DNA of 64,000 nt, from positions 36,394,001 to 36,458,000 of the forward strand of contig OX597839.1 in NCBI GenBank assembly GCA_951406725.2, given 5' to 3'. Source of the stretch: Octopus vulgaris (Eukaryota). Shown piece by piece: positions 13,109 to 26,124 of the stretch (its first letter is position 1; each line of letters begins with the position of its first letter). Both the position numbers and the translations under genes were made by a program. The notes below the pieces were generated by a model, which saw only the letters and a program-made list of their open reading frames with translations, did not search any database and had not been told where the DNA came from.

Positions 13109-15094
13109 CATAACTATAGTACTTGTTACAAATACAAAGGGAGATGACTCATGTTCTGTTCCTTCCCCCCTCCCATTGCCAACATTCTGGAATGGTCTCT
13201 GGAGATCACCATTGTTCCTGACACGATTAAGAAGCTTATTTTGCAATCATGTGGTTTGGGTTTGATCTCGCTGTCAGAGCAGAAGCTGAACCACGTGGTT
13301 ATGAAACTTTGAATTGACCAATATCTTGCAAAAGAAGTTTGGTTGATGGAAACTGAATGGAAGCCCATTGTGTGTGCACATGTCTGAGCGCTTGTGTGTG
13401 TGCGTGTATATATACACAGGAAATGAAATCTTCTTCCATGCAAGTAGACATCATCATCATCATTCAGTTTCCCCTTTTCCTTGTTCATATGGGACAGACA
13501 GAATTTGCTGTCCCCACTCCCCCACTGCTTGATAACCGGTGACTGTTTGTGTTTCTGTCCCCTTGACACTTCAGCAAAAGGAGCTGATAGGAATAAGTAC
13601 CAAAAAAAAAAAAAAAAAAAAAACTACTGGGGTCGATTTGTTGGAGTGATTCATGCCCCAGCATGGCCACAGTCCATTGACTGAAACAAGTAAAAGAACT
13701 TACATCTGTTACGTTGATAGTTTTTTTTTTCCTTCTCTCTGAGTTTGACAGATTAATTTCTCTTTGGCACCTCACATTTGGTTTATATAACTGACTGACC
13801 TGATTTCTGTTGAACAGATTTTAAAATAGAAAAAAAATAACCCAACAAAAAACAAACAAAAACCCAAAACCAAACCCCAACCCTCTTACAGTTCCGGTTC
13901 ATTCTATTAGCGGTTCTGAAATTGATACCATTTTTCTTCCTCTTTTTAACTAAGAAACTTACTATATGTTCATCTGGTTTCTCTGACAACTTTGTTCATT
14001 TCTGGATCCAGTTTCTGGCTTATTTCTGGGTCTTGTTGGGTCTGGCTGGTCCTGCCTGAAATTGCCTTTTGGTTCATATAATTTCTGCTTGTTTGTAGGA
14101 GTTGGTTTCCTTAATTGCGAGAGAAATTCTGTTGAGATGAGGGGATTCTATTTCTTGTGATAAAGTTGATTCTTTGTGAAAAAATCTCGCAGAATCAATG
14201 CCATTGTTCTTGTAACCTTGACAACTTTTAAGTTTGCCTGTACCAGAAACAGAACAACAACGTAAGGAAAAACAAGGCACTGGCTCCCTACCAATATCCT
14301 GGAATATTCATACAAATATTGGAAGAATTAGCCTAATATTACTCTTTTACTTGTTTCAGTCATTTGACTGTGGCCATGCTGGAGCACCGCCTTTAGTTGA
14401 CCAAATCGACCCCAGGACTTATTCTTTGTAGGCTTAGTATTTATTCTATCGGTCTCTTTTGCCGAACCGCTAAGTAACGGGGACGTAAACACACCAGCAT
14501 CTATTGTCAAGTGATGTTGGGGGACAAACACAGACACACAAACATACACACACACACACACACATACATATATACAACAGGCTTCTTTCAGTTTCCGTCT
14601 ACCAAATCCACTCACAAGGCTTTATTCATTAATAGAACAAGATTGAGAAATAGTTTGCATATGTGACATAGAATATTGCTAGCCACATCTAGCAATATCT
14701 TTTTCTTTGTTTTGTTCCCCAACTCTTTTTCTGTTTTATGACACCCTTGGTGGATTCAAAAATACCAGTGGCATGGACAAAGCACCCCAATGCTCTGTAA
14801 AGTGGTTGGCATTAGGAAGGTCGTCTGGCTGTACAAACCATGTCCAAGTTGACACTGGAGCCCAATGTGGCCCTGCGGCTCACTGGGTCCAGTCAACCTG
14901 TCCAACCCATACCAGAATGAAAAATGGATGTTAAATTATGATGAGATCTGTTTGAGGGTCTAAAATTATAGTTAGACAATTCTGCCTGTTGGGGTGTGGA
15001 GGTCACCGTAACATGAGTCTATCTGAGAAGTATAATGAGGTTATGGATGACGGGGCAGTCTGAATATAATTATTGTAAAAAAATACAAATATTT

Positions 15095-16010
15095 ACTCAT
15101 TTACTTGTTTCAGTCATCTGACTGTGGTCATGCTGGAGCACCGCCTTTAGTCGAGGAAATCGACCCCAGGACTTATTCTTTGTAAGCCTGGTACTTATTC
15201 TATTGGTCTCTTTTGCCGAACCGCTAAGTTTCGGGGACGTAAACACACCAGCATCGGTTGTCAAGCGATGTTGGGGTGGGGGGGGGGAAGAAACACAACA
15301 CACAAACATACACATATATATATATACATATATACGACAGGCTTCTTTCAGTTTCCGTCTACCAAATCCACTCACAAGGTTTTGGTCAGCCCGAGGCTAT
15401 AGTAGAAGACATTTGCCCAAGGTGCCACGCAGTGGGACTGAACCCGGAACCATGTGGTTGGTAAGCAAGCTACTTACCACTGAGCCCCTCCTACGCCTAT
15501 ATACATAGGAAATAGCTTTTCTTTTAAGCACATTAAAGACAAATGTCTGTTGAGTTTAATCTTTTTTATTTCTGATTTTCCATGATGCCTCTCTCTTTCT
15601 CTTTCTCTTTACTCTTTTACTTGTTTCAGTCATTTGACTACGGCCATGCTGGAGCACCGCCTTTAATCGAACAACTCGACCCCCGGGACTTATTCTTTTG
15701 TAAGCCCAGTACTTATTCTATCGGTCTCTTTTGCCAAACCGCTAAGTGACGGGGACATAAACACACCAGCATCGGTTGTCAAGCAATGCTAGGGGGACAA
15801 ACACACACACACAAACACACAAAGACGCATGCATATATATACATATATACGACGGGCTTCTTTCAGTTTCCGTCTACCAAATCCACTCACAAGGCATTGG
15901 TCAGTCCGGGGCTATAGCAGAAGACACTTGCCCAAGATGCCACGCAGTGGGACTGAACCCGGAACCATGTGGTTCGTAAGCAAGCTACTTACCACTGAGC
16001 CCCTCCTGTG
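15095..16010 (-). mobile_element. Two tandem SINE-A copies (15095-15495, 15600-16010)
   Basis: Both match family A and share duplicated flanking sequence. Confidence 0.88.
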
Positions 16011-16064
16011 CCTATATACATAGGAAATAGCTTTTCTTTTAAGCACATTAAAGACAAATGACAA

Positions 16065-16482
16065 GGCGCAGGAGTGGCTGTGTGGTAAGTAGCTTGTTTA
16101 CCAACCACATGGTTCCGGGTTCAGTCCCACAGCGTGGCATCTTGGACAAGTGTCTTCTGCTATAGCCTCGGGCCGACCAAAGCCTTGTGAGTGAATTTGG
16201 TAGACAGAAACTGAAAGAAGCCTGTCGTATATATGAATATATATATATATATATATATATATGTGTTTGTGTGTCTGTGTTTGTCCCCCTAGCATTGCTT
16301 GACAACCGATGCTGGTGTGTTTACGTCCCCGTTACTTAGCGGTTCGGCAAAAGAGACCGATAGAATAAGTACTGGGCTTACAAAGAATAAGTCTCGGGGT
16401 CGATTTGCTCGACTAAAGGTGGTGCTCCAGCATGGCCGCAGTCAAATGACTGAAACAAGTAAAAGAGTAAAAGAGTAAGAGT
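16065..16482 (+). mobile_element. SINE family A
   Basis: Full length; flanked by an aaatg duplication. Confidence 0.9.
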
Positions 16483-16837
16483 AAATGTCTGTTGAGTTTT
16501 AATCTTTTTTATTTCTGATTTTTCACGATGCCTCTGTTTACTTTGGGACAATAGCAATCCTAAGTCGAGTTGTTTTGAGATTTTCCCAGTCTTCTCTGTA
16601 TCTCCATTTATCTGTCTGTCTGTCTGTCTCTCTGTTGTGAAAGTACTGTTTTCACTTGTGTATTATTGTACCGTGTGTGTATCTCACTGTATTTCTGTCT
16701 GTGTGTGATTGTATCTCTCTATTTTTTTTGTTGAAGCGATTGGCCCCTGGTGAACCCCCCCCCCCGGTCTCATTAACTTTCCTTCTCTCCTAAACCCTAA
16801 CGATGTTTACATATTCCTTGTTTATATTTTTTTCCAG

Positions 16838-16904
16838 ATAATCCAGAACCAGACAGTGAAGTATGAAATAATCCCACTCTCTCCATTATCCAAGCATAGA
16901 TTAA
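16838..16904 (+). CDS. CTDNEP1: CTDNEP1/Dullard coding exon (first visible; 67 nt)
   Basis: tttccag acceptor and gtaagt donor; encodes IIQNQTVKYEIIPLSPLSKHRL, matching the Dullard segment [22 protein letters not shown]. The N-terminal exon was not found in the window. Confidence 0.93.
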
Positions 16905-17344
16905 GTAAGTAATCCAAACGTGTTCCTTTTTGAGTGGTGGTCATGATGTAAGGGAAGCGTGTCGAGTGTGCTTGCTGGAGTGACAGTGGGAGGAAGAAAA
17001 CAAGAGATGGTGGGAGGACAAGGATTTACTACAAAGACTGTAGGACATTTAGAGCGATTTTTGTAGGTGGTGGTCAGATGTAGGAAGGATGACCAGCTTG
17101 TGTGGTGGAGTGGGGGGTGCCTGGACTAAATTCAGTTGTTGTTTCTGAGATGTAGAATTTGTATTTTTTGCATATATTCTGCTCTGTAGATGGCTAAATC
17201 AGTGGTCAGTATTGTAGAGCCACTGTCCAGGTAGATAGCAGTGGTTAAATCACCAGCACTTTGACCCTTTAATTATAAAATTAAGTTTTTTGTTTATTGC
17301 AGTAACGATGTTTAACATCATTCTACTAAAAAAAATAGAATTGG

Positions 17345-19090
17345 CATTTTCTGAAAGTCACATTCCTTCAATAAACTTGACATGTTTCAACAGCAAATTG
17401 TTCCAAATATGACCTTCTCCAATGAAATTTTGAATAGATATATCTGATTTCTGCAGTTATGGTGTTAAATATCTTCTGAAAAAATATTTTCTGCAAATCA
17501 CATTCCTTCAATAAACTTGACATGTTTCAACAGAAAATTGTTCCAAACATGACCTTCTCCAATGAAATTTTGAATAGATATATCTGATTTCTGCAGTTAT
17601 GGTGTTAAATATCTACTGAAAAATATTTTCTGCAAATCACATTCCTTCAATAAACTTGACATGTCTCAACAGAAAATAGCTTCAAACATGACCTTCTCCC
17701 ATGAAATTTTGAATGGATATATCTGATTTCTGCAGTTATGGTGTTAAATATCTACTGAAAAATATTTTCTGCAAATCACATTCCTTCAATAAACTTGACA
17801 TGTTTCAACAGAAAATTGTTCCAAACATGACCTTCTCCCATGAAATTTTGAATGGATATATCTGATTTCTGCAGTTATGGTGTTAAATATCTTCTGAAAA
17901 AATATTTTCTGCAAATCACATTCCTTCAATAAACTTGACATGTTTCAACAGAAGATTGTTCCAAACATGACCTTCTCCCATGAAATTTTGAATGGATATA
18001 TCTGATTTCTGCAGTTATGGTGTTAAATATCTTCTGAAAAATATTTTCTGCAAATCACATTCCTTCAATAAACTTGACATGTTTCAACAGAAGATTGTTC
18101 CAAACATGACCTTCTCCCATGAAATTTTGAATGGATATATCTGATTTCTGCAGTTATGGTGTTAAATATCTTCTGAAAAAATATTTTCTGCAAATCACAT
18201 TCCTTCAATAAACTTGACATGTTTCAACAGAAAATTGTTCCAAACATGACCTTCTCCCATGAAATTTTGAATGGATATATCTGATTTCTGCAGTTATGGT
18301 GTTAAATATCTTCTGAAAAAATATTTTCTGCAAGTCACATTCCTTCAATAAACTTGACATGTTTCAACAGAAAATTGTTCCAAACATGACCTTCTCCCAT
18401 GAAATTTTGAATGGATATATCTGATTTCTGCAGTTATGGTGTTAAATATCTTCTGAAAAAATATTTTCTGCAAATCACATTCCTTCAATAAACTTGACAT
18501 GTCTCAACAGAAGATTGTTCCAAACATGACCTTCTCTATGAAATTTTGAATGGATATATCTGATTTCTGAGTTATTGTTAAATATCTTCTGAAAAATATT
18601 TTCTGCAAATCACATTCCTTCAATAAACTTGACATGTTTCAACAGAAAATTGTTCCAAACATGACCTTCTCCCATGAAATTTTGAATGGATATATCTGAT
18701 TTCTGCAGTTATGGTGTTAAATATCTTCTGAAAAAATATTTTCTGCAAGTCATGTTCCTTCAATAAACTTGACATGTTTCAACAGAAAATTGTTCCAAAC
18801 ATGACCTTCTCCCATGAAATTTTGAATGGATATATCTGATTTCTGCAGTTATGGTGTTAAATATCTTCTGAAAAAATATTTTCTGCAAATCACATTCCTT
18901 CAATAAACTTGACATGTTTCAACAGAAAATTGTTCCAAACATGACCTTCTCCCATGAAATTTTGAATGGATATATCTGATTTCTGCAGTTATGGTGTTAA
19001 ATATCTTCTGAAAAAATATTTTCTGCAAATCACATTCCTTCAATAAACTTGACATGTCTCAACAGAAAATAGCTTCAAACATGACCGTTC
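17345..19090. repeat. Tandem satellite, about 140-bp unit, about 13 copies
   Basis: cattccttcaataaacttgac recurs at 17361, 17501, 17640, 17779, 17919, 18058, 18198, 18338, 18478, 18613, 18753, 18893 and 19033. Confidence 0.97.
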
Positions 19091-20063
19091 CTCAGCAAAA
19101 AAAAAAAAAAGATTGGCATATAAAACTAGTTTCTGTAGTTAAGGGTAACGAAATTTTGAGTGGTGGATAGATCTGATTTCTGCTTTAAAAATGTTTACCA
19201 TTTAACTGCAAAATTAAGTCTCGTGGTTATTTCAGTAATGATTCTAAATACCAAAAATTAAAAAAAAAAATTAAAAAAAAGCTATTTTCTGCAAGTCATG
19301 TTGCCTCATAGAGGTTAGTCTTGCCTGGTTTGAACTATTATTGACAGAGAAACAGCTAGACAACAGCTTAAAGAGGTTCTGGCATGATAAGGTGGTTAAG
19401 CTAACCCTAAGCAACTTGACTTTGTAGCCTGGTTTTCATTCCTTGGTGTAGCTATTTAACTTCACCACCCACATTACTAATGCCAATGGGGAAAAGGATG
19501 ATTGCCACACATTCCCAGTTTGCATCATGTTTTGATCCAATTTGTCTGTGTCTAATGTCACCATGCGTGCTGGCAAGAAATGTTTCTGGTCATTAGCAGT
19601 GGTGATCTTATCATTGGATTGTCCTGCTCTGTGTGTGTTGTCCCAAGCCAGAGAAATGGTCAATTGAAGAATCATGTAATTGACAATCTAGTCGTGACCA
19701 TCTCATCTTAGTAGTAAGAGGAAGGAGAGACATGTGTTGTCCTCTTATGTTTGGGACTGCAATTGTCAAATCAATTCATATTAAAGACAGGAAGGGCATT
19801 TGTTTAGGGAGTGATAGGATTGGCCTCATAGAGGTTAGTCTTGCCTGGTTTGAACTATTATTGACAGAGAAACAGCTAGACAACAGCTTAAAGAGGTTCT
19901 GGCATGATAAGGTGGTTAAATGTTTATTATGCTAAAGCTTTTACTTCATATATAAATATATATATATATATGATATATATATATATGTATCTATAGTTAA
20001 AAGTGAACCAAAGGCACTGGAGTGGATTTGGTAGACAGAAACTTTGTGGAAGCTCTTTGACTC

Positions 20064-20469
20064 CATTATTAACCACACAGACTTAACATGTATGCTTTGT
20101 GTATTTTCCGGTGGCTACAATAGCGTGGTGGAGTGTATCCACTCTTAAAGCATTGGTTGTTAAAACACCTGTCATCGACAGGTGAGGTAACTCACCTTCA
20201 GTCCCATTTGGGAGTGATGGACACTAATGTTTTGATATTTTTGTGGCTTGTCAACATCATGTATCCGCCAGGATTGAGGGCAAGTCACCTAGCTAGTCCA
20301 TGACCAGTGTCCAACACCCCCAAGCGGGATAAAAGGTGAGTTACCTCATCTGTCCATGACTCAGGTGTTTTAACACCCGATATTCTGAGAGTGTATATAC
20401 TCCACCACACTTTTGTAGCCACTGGAAATATACGAAGCACATATACTTGAGTATATGTGGTTAATAATG
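20064..20469. repeat. Long imperfect foldback (about 160-bp arms)
   Basis: cattattaaccaca...ggtgaggtaactcacctt...tggacact pairs with agtgtcca...aaggtgagttacctcatc...tgtggttaataatg. Confidence 0.85.
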
Positions 20470-20494
20470 TTTATTATGCTAAAGCTTTTACTTC

Positions 20495-20550
<56 letters not shown>

Positions 20551-21417
20551 CTGTAAAAGTGAACCAAAGGCACTGGGTCAGGTCAAAATCAAAATGCAGA
20601 CACAAATTCATTCTATAACCAGCAAGGATTATAGAATCTTGAAGGTGCATTGCCACTGGACTGGCTCCTGTGCAGGTGGCACATAAAAAGCGCCATTTGA
20701 GCGTGGCTGCTGCCAGTACCGCGCGACTGTCCCTCGTGCCGGTGGCACGTAAAAGCATCCACTACACTCTCGGAGTGGTTGGCGTTAGGAAGGGCATCCA
20801 GCTGTAGAAACTCTGCCAGATCAAGATTAGAGCCTGGTGCAGCCATCTGGTTCGCCAGACCTCAGTCAAATCGTCCAACCCATGCTAGCATGGAAAGTGG
20901 ACGTTAAACGATGATGATGATGATACACAAATTAATTCTATAACGAGCAAGGCTCATAGAATCTTGAAGGTGCATATGCTGTTGATTTTTTTAATGTTTC
21001 TAAATGTTGAAAATGGTTTTGTCTAACGATGTGATGTCTCCATTAACCAATTAAAAATTAATTGGAAACAGCTGTAGGGAATTGACGACTTATCCATTGA
21101 TTGTTATTCACACGCACACACACACATGCTTGCATTTGTCCTTTTGCTGCCGCTTGACAACCAGTGTTGGTTTGTTTGTATCCCGACAGTTTAAAGGTTC
21201 GGCAGAAGAGACTGATAAAATGAACGTCGGACATTAAAAAGCAAAAATAAGTAGTGGGGTACATTAGTCGATTCATTCATCTAAGCCCCTTCAAGAATAG
21301 TGCCCCAGCATGATCACGGCCTGATAACTGAGGCAAACAAAAGTACAAATACGAATAAGAGACAAAAAGCGAATGGACAAACCAACCAAATAGAATTGTA
21401 ATAGATTATAGAAAATA

Positions 21418-21582
21418 GGCGTAGGAGTGGCTGTGTGGTAAGTAGCTTGCTTACCAACCACATGGTTCCGGGTTCAGTCCCACTGCGTGGCATCTTGGGC
21501 AAGTGTCTTCTGCTATAGCCCCGGGCCAACCAATGCCTTGTGAGTGGATTTGGTAGACGGAAACTAAAAGAAGCCTGTCGTA

Positions 21583-21625
<43 letters not shown>

Positions 21626-21843
21626 GCATGTATATGTTTCTGTGTCTGTGTTTGTCCGCTTAGCATTGCTTGACAACCGATGCTGGTGTGATTACGTCCC
21701 CGTCACTTAGCTGTTCAGCAAAAGAGACCGATAGAATAAGTACTGGGCTTACAAAGAATAAGTCCCGGGGTTGATTTGCTCGACTAAAGGCGGTGCTCCA
21801 GCATGGCCGCAGTCAAATGACTGAAACAAGTAAAAGAGTAAAG
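21418..21843 (+). mobile_element. SINE family A
   Basis: Full-length copy. Confidence 0.9.
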
Positions 21844-22120
21844 ATTGGCTAGGTGGACGGGGAGGAGGTGGTAGTGGTGGTGACCATGGCCATAATAAAC
21901 TAAATCTGAAGCTATTATGAAAAAGACTGGACTGAGAGTTTATAAATGTTCTGCTGCCATCTCAAGTGGGTGTCTAAAAGTGGGAGCATAAGATAAGAAT
22001 ATTGCACTTGAGTCATTTCAAGTGCCTCATGATACAGGGATGTCTTTTGTTATAACCTGAATTATCATATTCCCAAATTGTAATTTATTGTATGTATGTA
22101 TTTTGTTTCTTTATTCCTAA

Positions 22121-22518
22121 CTAGCAGTATCACCCGGCGTTGCTTGAGTTTGTTTCGACCCTTTAGAATTGGAATTTTTGAAAAGTAAAAACTTTGCATT
22201 ATGTAGCTTGTTATTCTCTTTAAGTGAATATTTTTCTGGTTGAAATACACTGAAAAATGGCGACACAGCAGTAAAAAAAAAAATCGTAAAAAATAGGGAT
22301 TTTCATAGAAAAAAAGCACCTTTTTGATGTAAATAATTTTTGGTTTTAACATGGTCCGATTTGAATTTTATCTTCCAAGGAATGAAGAGCAAGCTTTCTT
22401 CTATCATACTCTCAATTTTGGTCAACTTGTGCCGCAAGGTATCGGAGGAGATAGTGTTAGTTGAAGGCTACCAAACCTGCCATACACAGACAACTTCAGC
22501 TTTATATATATAGAGAGA
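22121..22518 (-). mobile_element. Non-autonomous Helitron
   Basis: Same termini as 11390-11820 (TCTCTCTATATATA...GCAACGCCGGG...CTGCTAG) with a different interior. Confidence 0.78.
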
Positions 22519-22552
22519 TTTAATGGGTTTTGTTCTGATATTTTGTTTAGAT

Positions 22553-23245
22553 CAGGGGTTCTCAACCTTATTTTGCTTGTGAACCCCCCTGAAGCAATTT
22601 TTTCATCTGTGGACCCCATATATATGCACATGTAAATTTATGAAATAAAATATTTGTTGTAGGTTAGTAAAAACCAACACTGAAACAATTTCGTTGTATT
22701 CATAACATAAATTCCAAATAGAAATCTTGAAAAGTTCAATAAATACAGGTACCTCTTTCTAGTAAATAAAATATATAGGTGCAGGAGTGGCTGTGTGGTA
22801 AGTAGCTTGCTAACCAACCACATGGTTCTGGGTTCAGTCCCACTGCGTGGCATCTTGGGCAAGTGTCTTCTGCTATAGCCCTGGGCCGACCAATGCCTTG
22901 TGAGTGGATTTGGTAGATGGAAACTGAAAGAAGCCTGTCGTATATATGTATATACATATATATATGTATGTGTGTGTGTTTGTGTGTCTGTGTTTGTCCC
23001 CCCCAACATCGCTTGACAACCAATGCTGGTGTGTTTACGTCCTCGTAACTTAGCGATTGGCAAAAGACACTGATAGAATAAGTACTGGGCTTACATAAGA
23101 ATAAGTCCTGGTGTCGATTTGCTCAACTAAAAGGTGGTGCTCCAGCATGGCCACAGTCAAATGACTGAAACAAGTAAAAGAGTAAAGAGTATATGGACCC
23201 ACAAATCACAACTTTTTATTTGTGGACCCCGGTTGTGAGCCCCTG
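22553..23245. mobile_element. hAT MITE with nested SINE
   Basis: CAGGGGTTCTCAACC / GGTTGTGAGCCCCTG; TSD gtttagat/gcttagat; SINE-A inserted at 22778-23190. Confidence 0.8.
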
Positions 23246-23639
23246 GCTTAGATCATCATCATCATCACCATTGTTTAATGTCTCCTTGAGGCCAATTTAA
23301 AAAAAAGAATTTTTTTTGAAATTTTGTTTTTTAATGGTTGCCGGATGCTCTTGTTGTTGTTGCCAGTTCTTGCTTATTGTTTCCAATTGGGAAAATATTT
23401 CCCTATGACCGGACTTGTTTTTCAAGTGAGACTGGAAACAAAGAATACCACTTGTCCGATGGAGTCACGCATTTACAGCTTATCAAGTGATGCCAAGCCA
23501 AGGAGACACACACACAATACATTTGTCATTGTTCTTGTCTACTTTTCCATTCCCCGCATGGGTCAGATGGAATTTGTTGAGATGGATTTTCTACAGATGG
23601 ATGCCCTCCCTGTTGCTTACCCTCATCTGCTTCCCTACC

Positions 23640-24160
23640 CCTGTGTTACGCAGTTCCATGAATTTCGCATCATCAGTTTGGAACCCCTATCTTGCTCAGA
23701 ACATTGACCTCCTGGAATCTGTCCAGAGACGTGCAACCAAACGCATACCCTCCATCAGACACCTACCATACTCTGAGCGCTTTGTTTCCCTGGGCATGGA
23801 TTCACTGAAGCTCCGGCGTCTGGCGATGGACTTGGTAAACACCCACAAAGTTATTAACCACCTCACCAACGACAACACTGAACACCTTTTTGATCTCCAT
23901 GTGTCTAACACACGTGGACATGCCTACAAAGTCAGAAAACAACACAGCTCCCATGACTTTCGGAAGCATTTTTTCACGCTCAGAGTTGCTGAAGCATGGA
24001 ATAAACTGCCTGCGTCAGTTGTTGACTGCCATGACACTGCATCCTTTAAGGCCCTCATGCTTTCCGAAATCCACCGAAACTACACCTGATTATATATAGA
24101 CTTTAGATGAGTTGTAGTGCACCTGAGCACTGTACACAATTATTATTATTATTATTATTT
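23640..24160 (+). mobile_element. CR1-clade LINE 3' fragment
   Basis: SVWNPYLAQNIDLLESVQRRATK...NTRGHAYK...RKHFFTLRVAEAWNKLP, then a short 3' UTR and (ATT)n tail. Confidence 0.9.
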
Positions 24161-26064
24161 TAATACACAATAGAGTTATAGATAGGGTCTGTTAACAGTT
24201 TCAAACGAGAATGTCTGATGAGGATCCATGGCAAGGAATGGTGGAAGATACGGGTTACCTTTTTGAATAGGGAGTGAATGAGAGACAGAAGGGTAAGATG
24301 CACTGGAATAGATATAGACTGGTTGGTATAGGCGGCGAGCTGGCAGAACCGTTAGCACGCCGGGCGAAATGTGTAGCCATATTTCGTCTGCCGTTACGTT
24401 CTGAGTTCAAATTCTGCCGAGGTCGACTTTACCTTTCATCCTTTCTGGGTCGATAAATTAAGTACCAGTTACACACTGGGGTCGATGTAAACCGTTGACT
24501 TAATCTGTTTGTCTGGCCTTGTTTGTCCCCTCTGTGTTTAGCCCCTTGTGGGTAGTAAAGAAATAGGTATAGTGAGGACAAGTCTGTCAACAGAGGTTAG
24601 GGCATGTATACAGATGGATAGAGGAACGAGGAAGAGTAGCTGTCAAATACTTTCATCCTCTCTAGCTGACCACCACTGCTGACCTGGCCAGAGTGGGAGG
24701 GATGGAGCTAGGATGGTAATAAAGTGGTTGTGAAAGATGAAGATTTTGAATTAGAGTGAGTGTGATATTACTCAAGAGGTGAGGGGAGATTTAGGTCTTA
24801 CCTAGATATAATGGGGCTAGAAATAGATGCCCTTAATATTAATTAAAATTTTAAAATTTGTAGTGTTAATGAAGGTGTAAACTCATTGGGAATAAAAGAA
24901 TAATAAAAAAAATTAAGATGACAAGTAAAAATAAGACATTTATTTATTAAGTTTAAGTCAAATTATTAGGCCCATGGATGAAGGAAATAATGGGATAATG
25001 GACAATGGGAAATAGATATCATATAAGTCAATTAGTGATATATAATATGTGTGTGTGTGTGTGTGTGTCTTCCGCACCACTGTTTAATAACTGGTGTTGG
25101 TGTGTTTATGTCCCCATAACTTAGTAGTTTGGCAAAAGAGACCAATAGAATGAGTATCATGCTTAAAAAACAGAAATAAGTACTGAGGTTGATTTGTTTC
25201 TACTGAAATTCCTTAAGGCATGGCAGCAAAAAGTGTGTCCACACATAGAAGGCTTCAACATAGTTTCCGTGCACCAAATTTACAAGTTAGGCTATAGGAG
25301 AAGGCCCTTGTTCAAAGTACAGCGCAGTGGGATTGAACCTGAAACCATGTGGGTGAAAAGCTAGCTTGTTAACCACATGGCTGTAGACTGTGCCTGTAGT
25401 TTGTTGTTGTTGTTGTTTGTTTTTGAAAGTGAGAGAGCAACAATGTTTTTGAGTTGCGTAGAAGAATGCAGAGTTGTGTGAAGCAGCAACAACAACAACA
25501 AAAGTGACAACTGATACTGCATGGATTTCACGGCCTGAACTTTAACCTCGTGTTTGAGATAAACAAAACAGCAACTGCGTTTGTCCTCAAAGAAGAGTTT
25601 TTGGTTCAGTTGATGACGGTTGTTGTTGTTGTTGTTGGTTGGCTGGTATTGCTGCTACGCAGGCTGTAGCTATCAGCAGATTAGAATTTCATCTACACCA
25701 GAACTACCCAAACCGACAACATTAATCTTGTCTCTTTATCTTTAACAGAGTCCTTATTAGATATATGTGCGTGTGTGTGTCTATGTCTGTATAAATGTAT
25801 GTACATACACATATATGTATATACATACATATATATACACACACACACACACACACATGTGCATATACATATGGGTGTGTGTGTGTGTGTGTATATATAT
25901 ATGCATGCACACACACACAATCATGCATATACACACATATTCTTTATTTGATGTGCATCCACATCTGTTTAAAATCACACATCAAAAGGTTTAAAAACTG
26001 TTATTTTAGATACTTCAAATATATCTTATATATTCTTATACATACTGTATTTTGCATGTGTGTG

Positions 26065-26124
<60 letters not shown>

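Noticed and set aside
17345-19090. CRISPR-like regular repeats (also 12420-13108)
   Set aside because: Head-to-tail units without unique spacers; eukaryotic context; no cas genes
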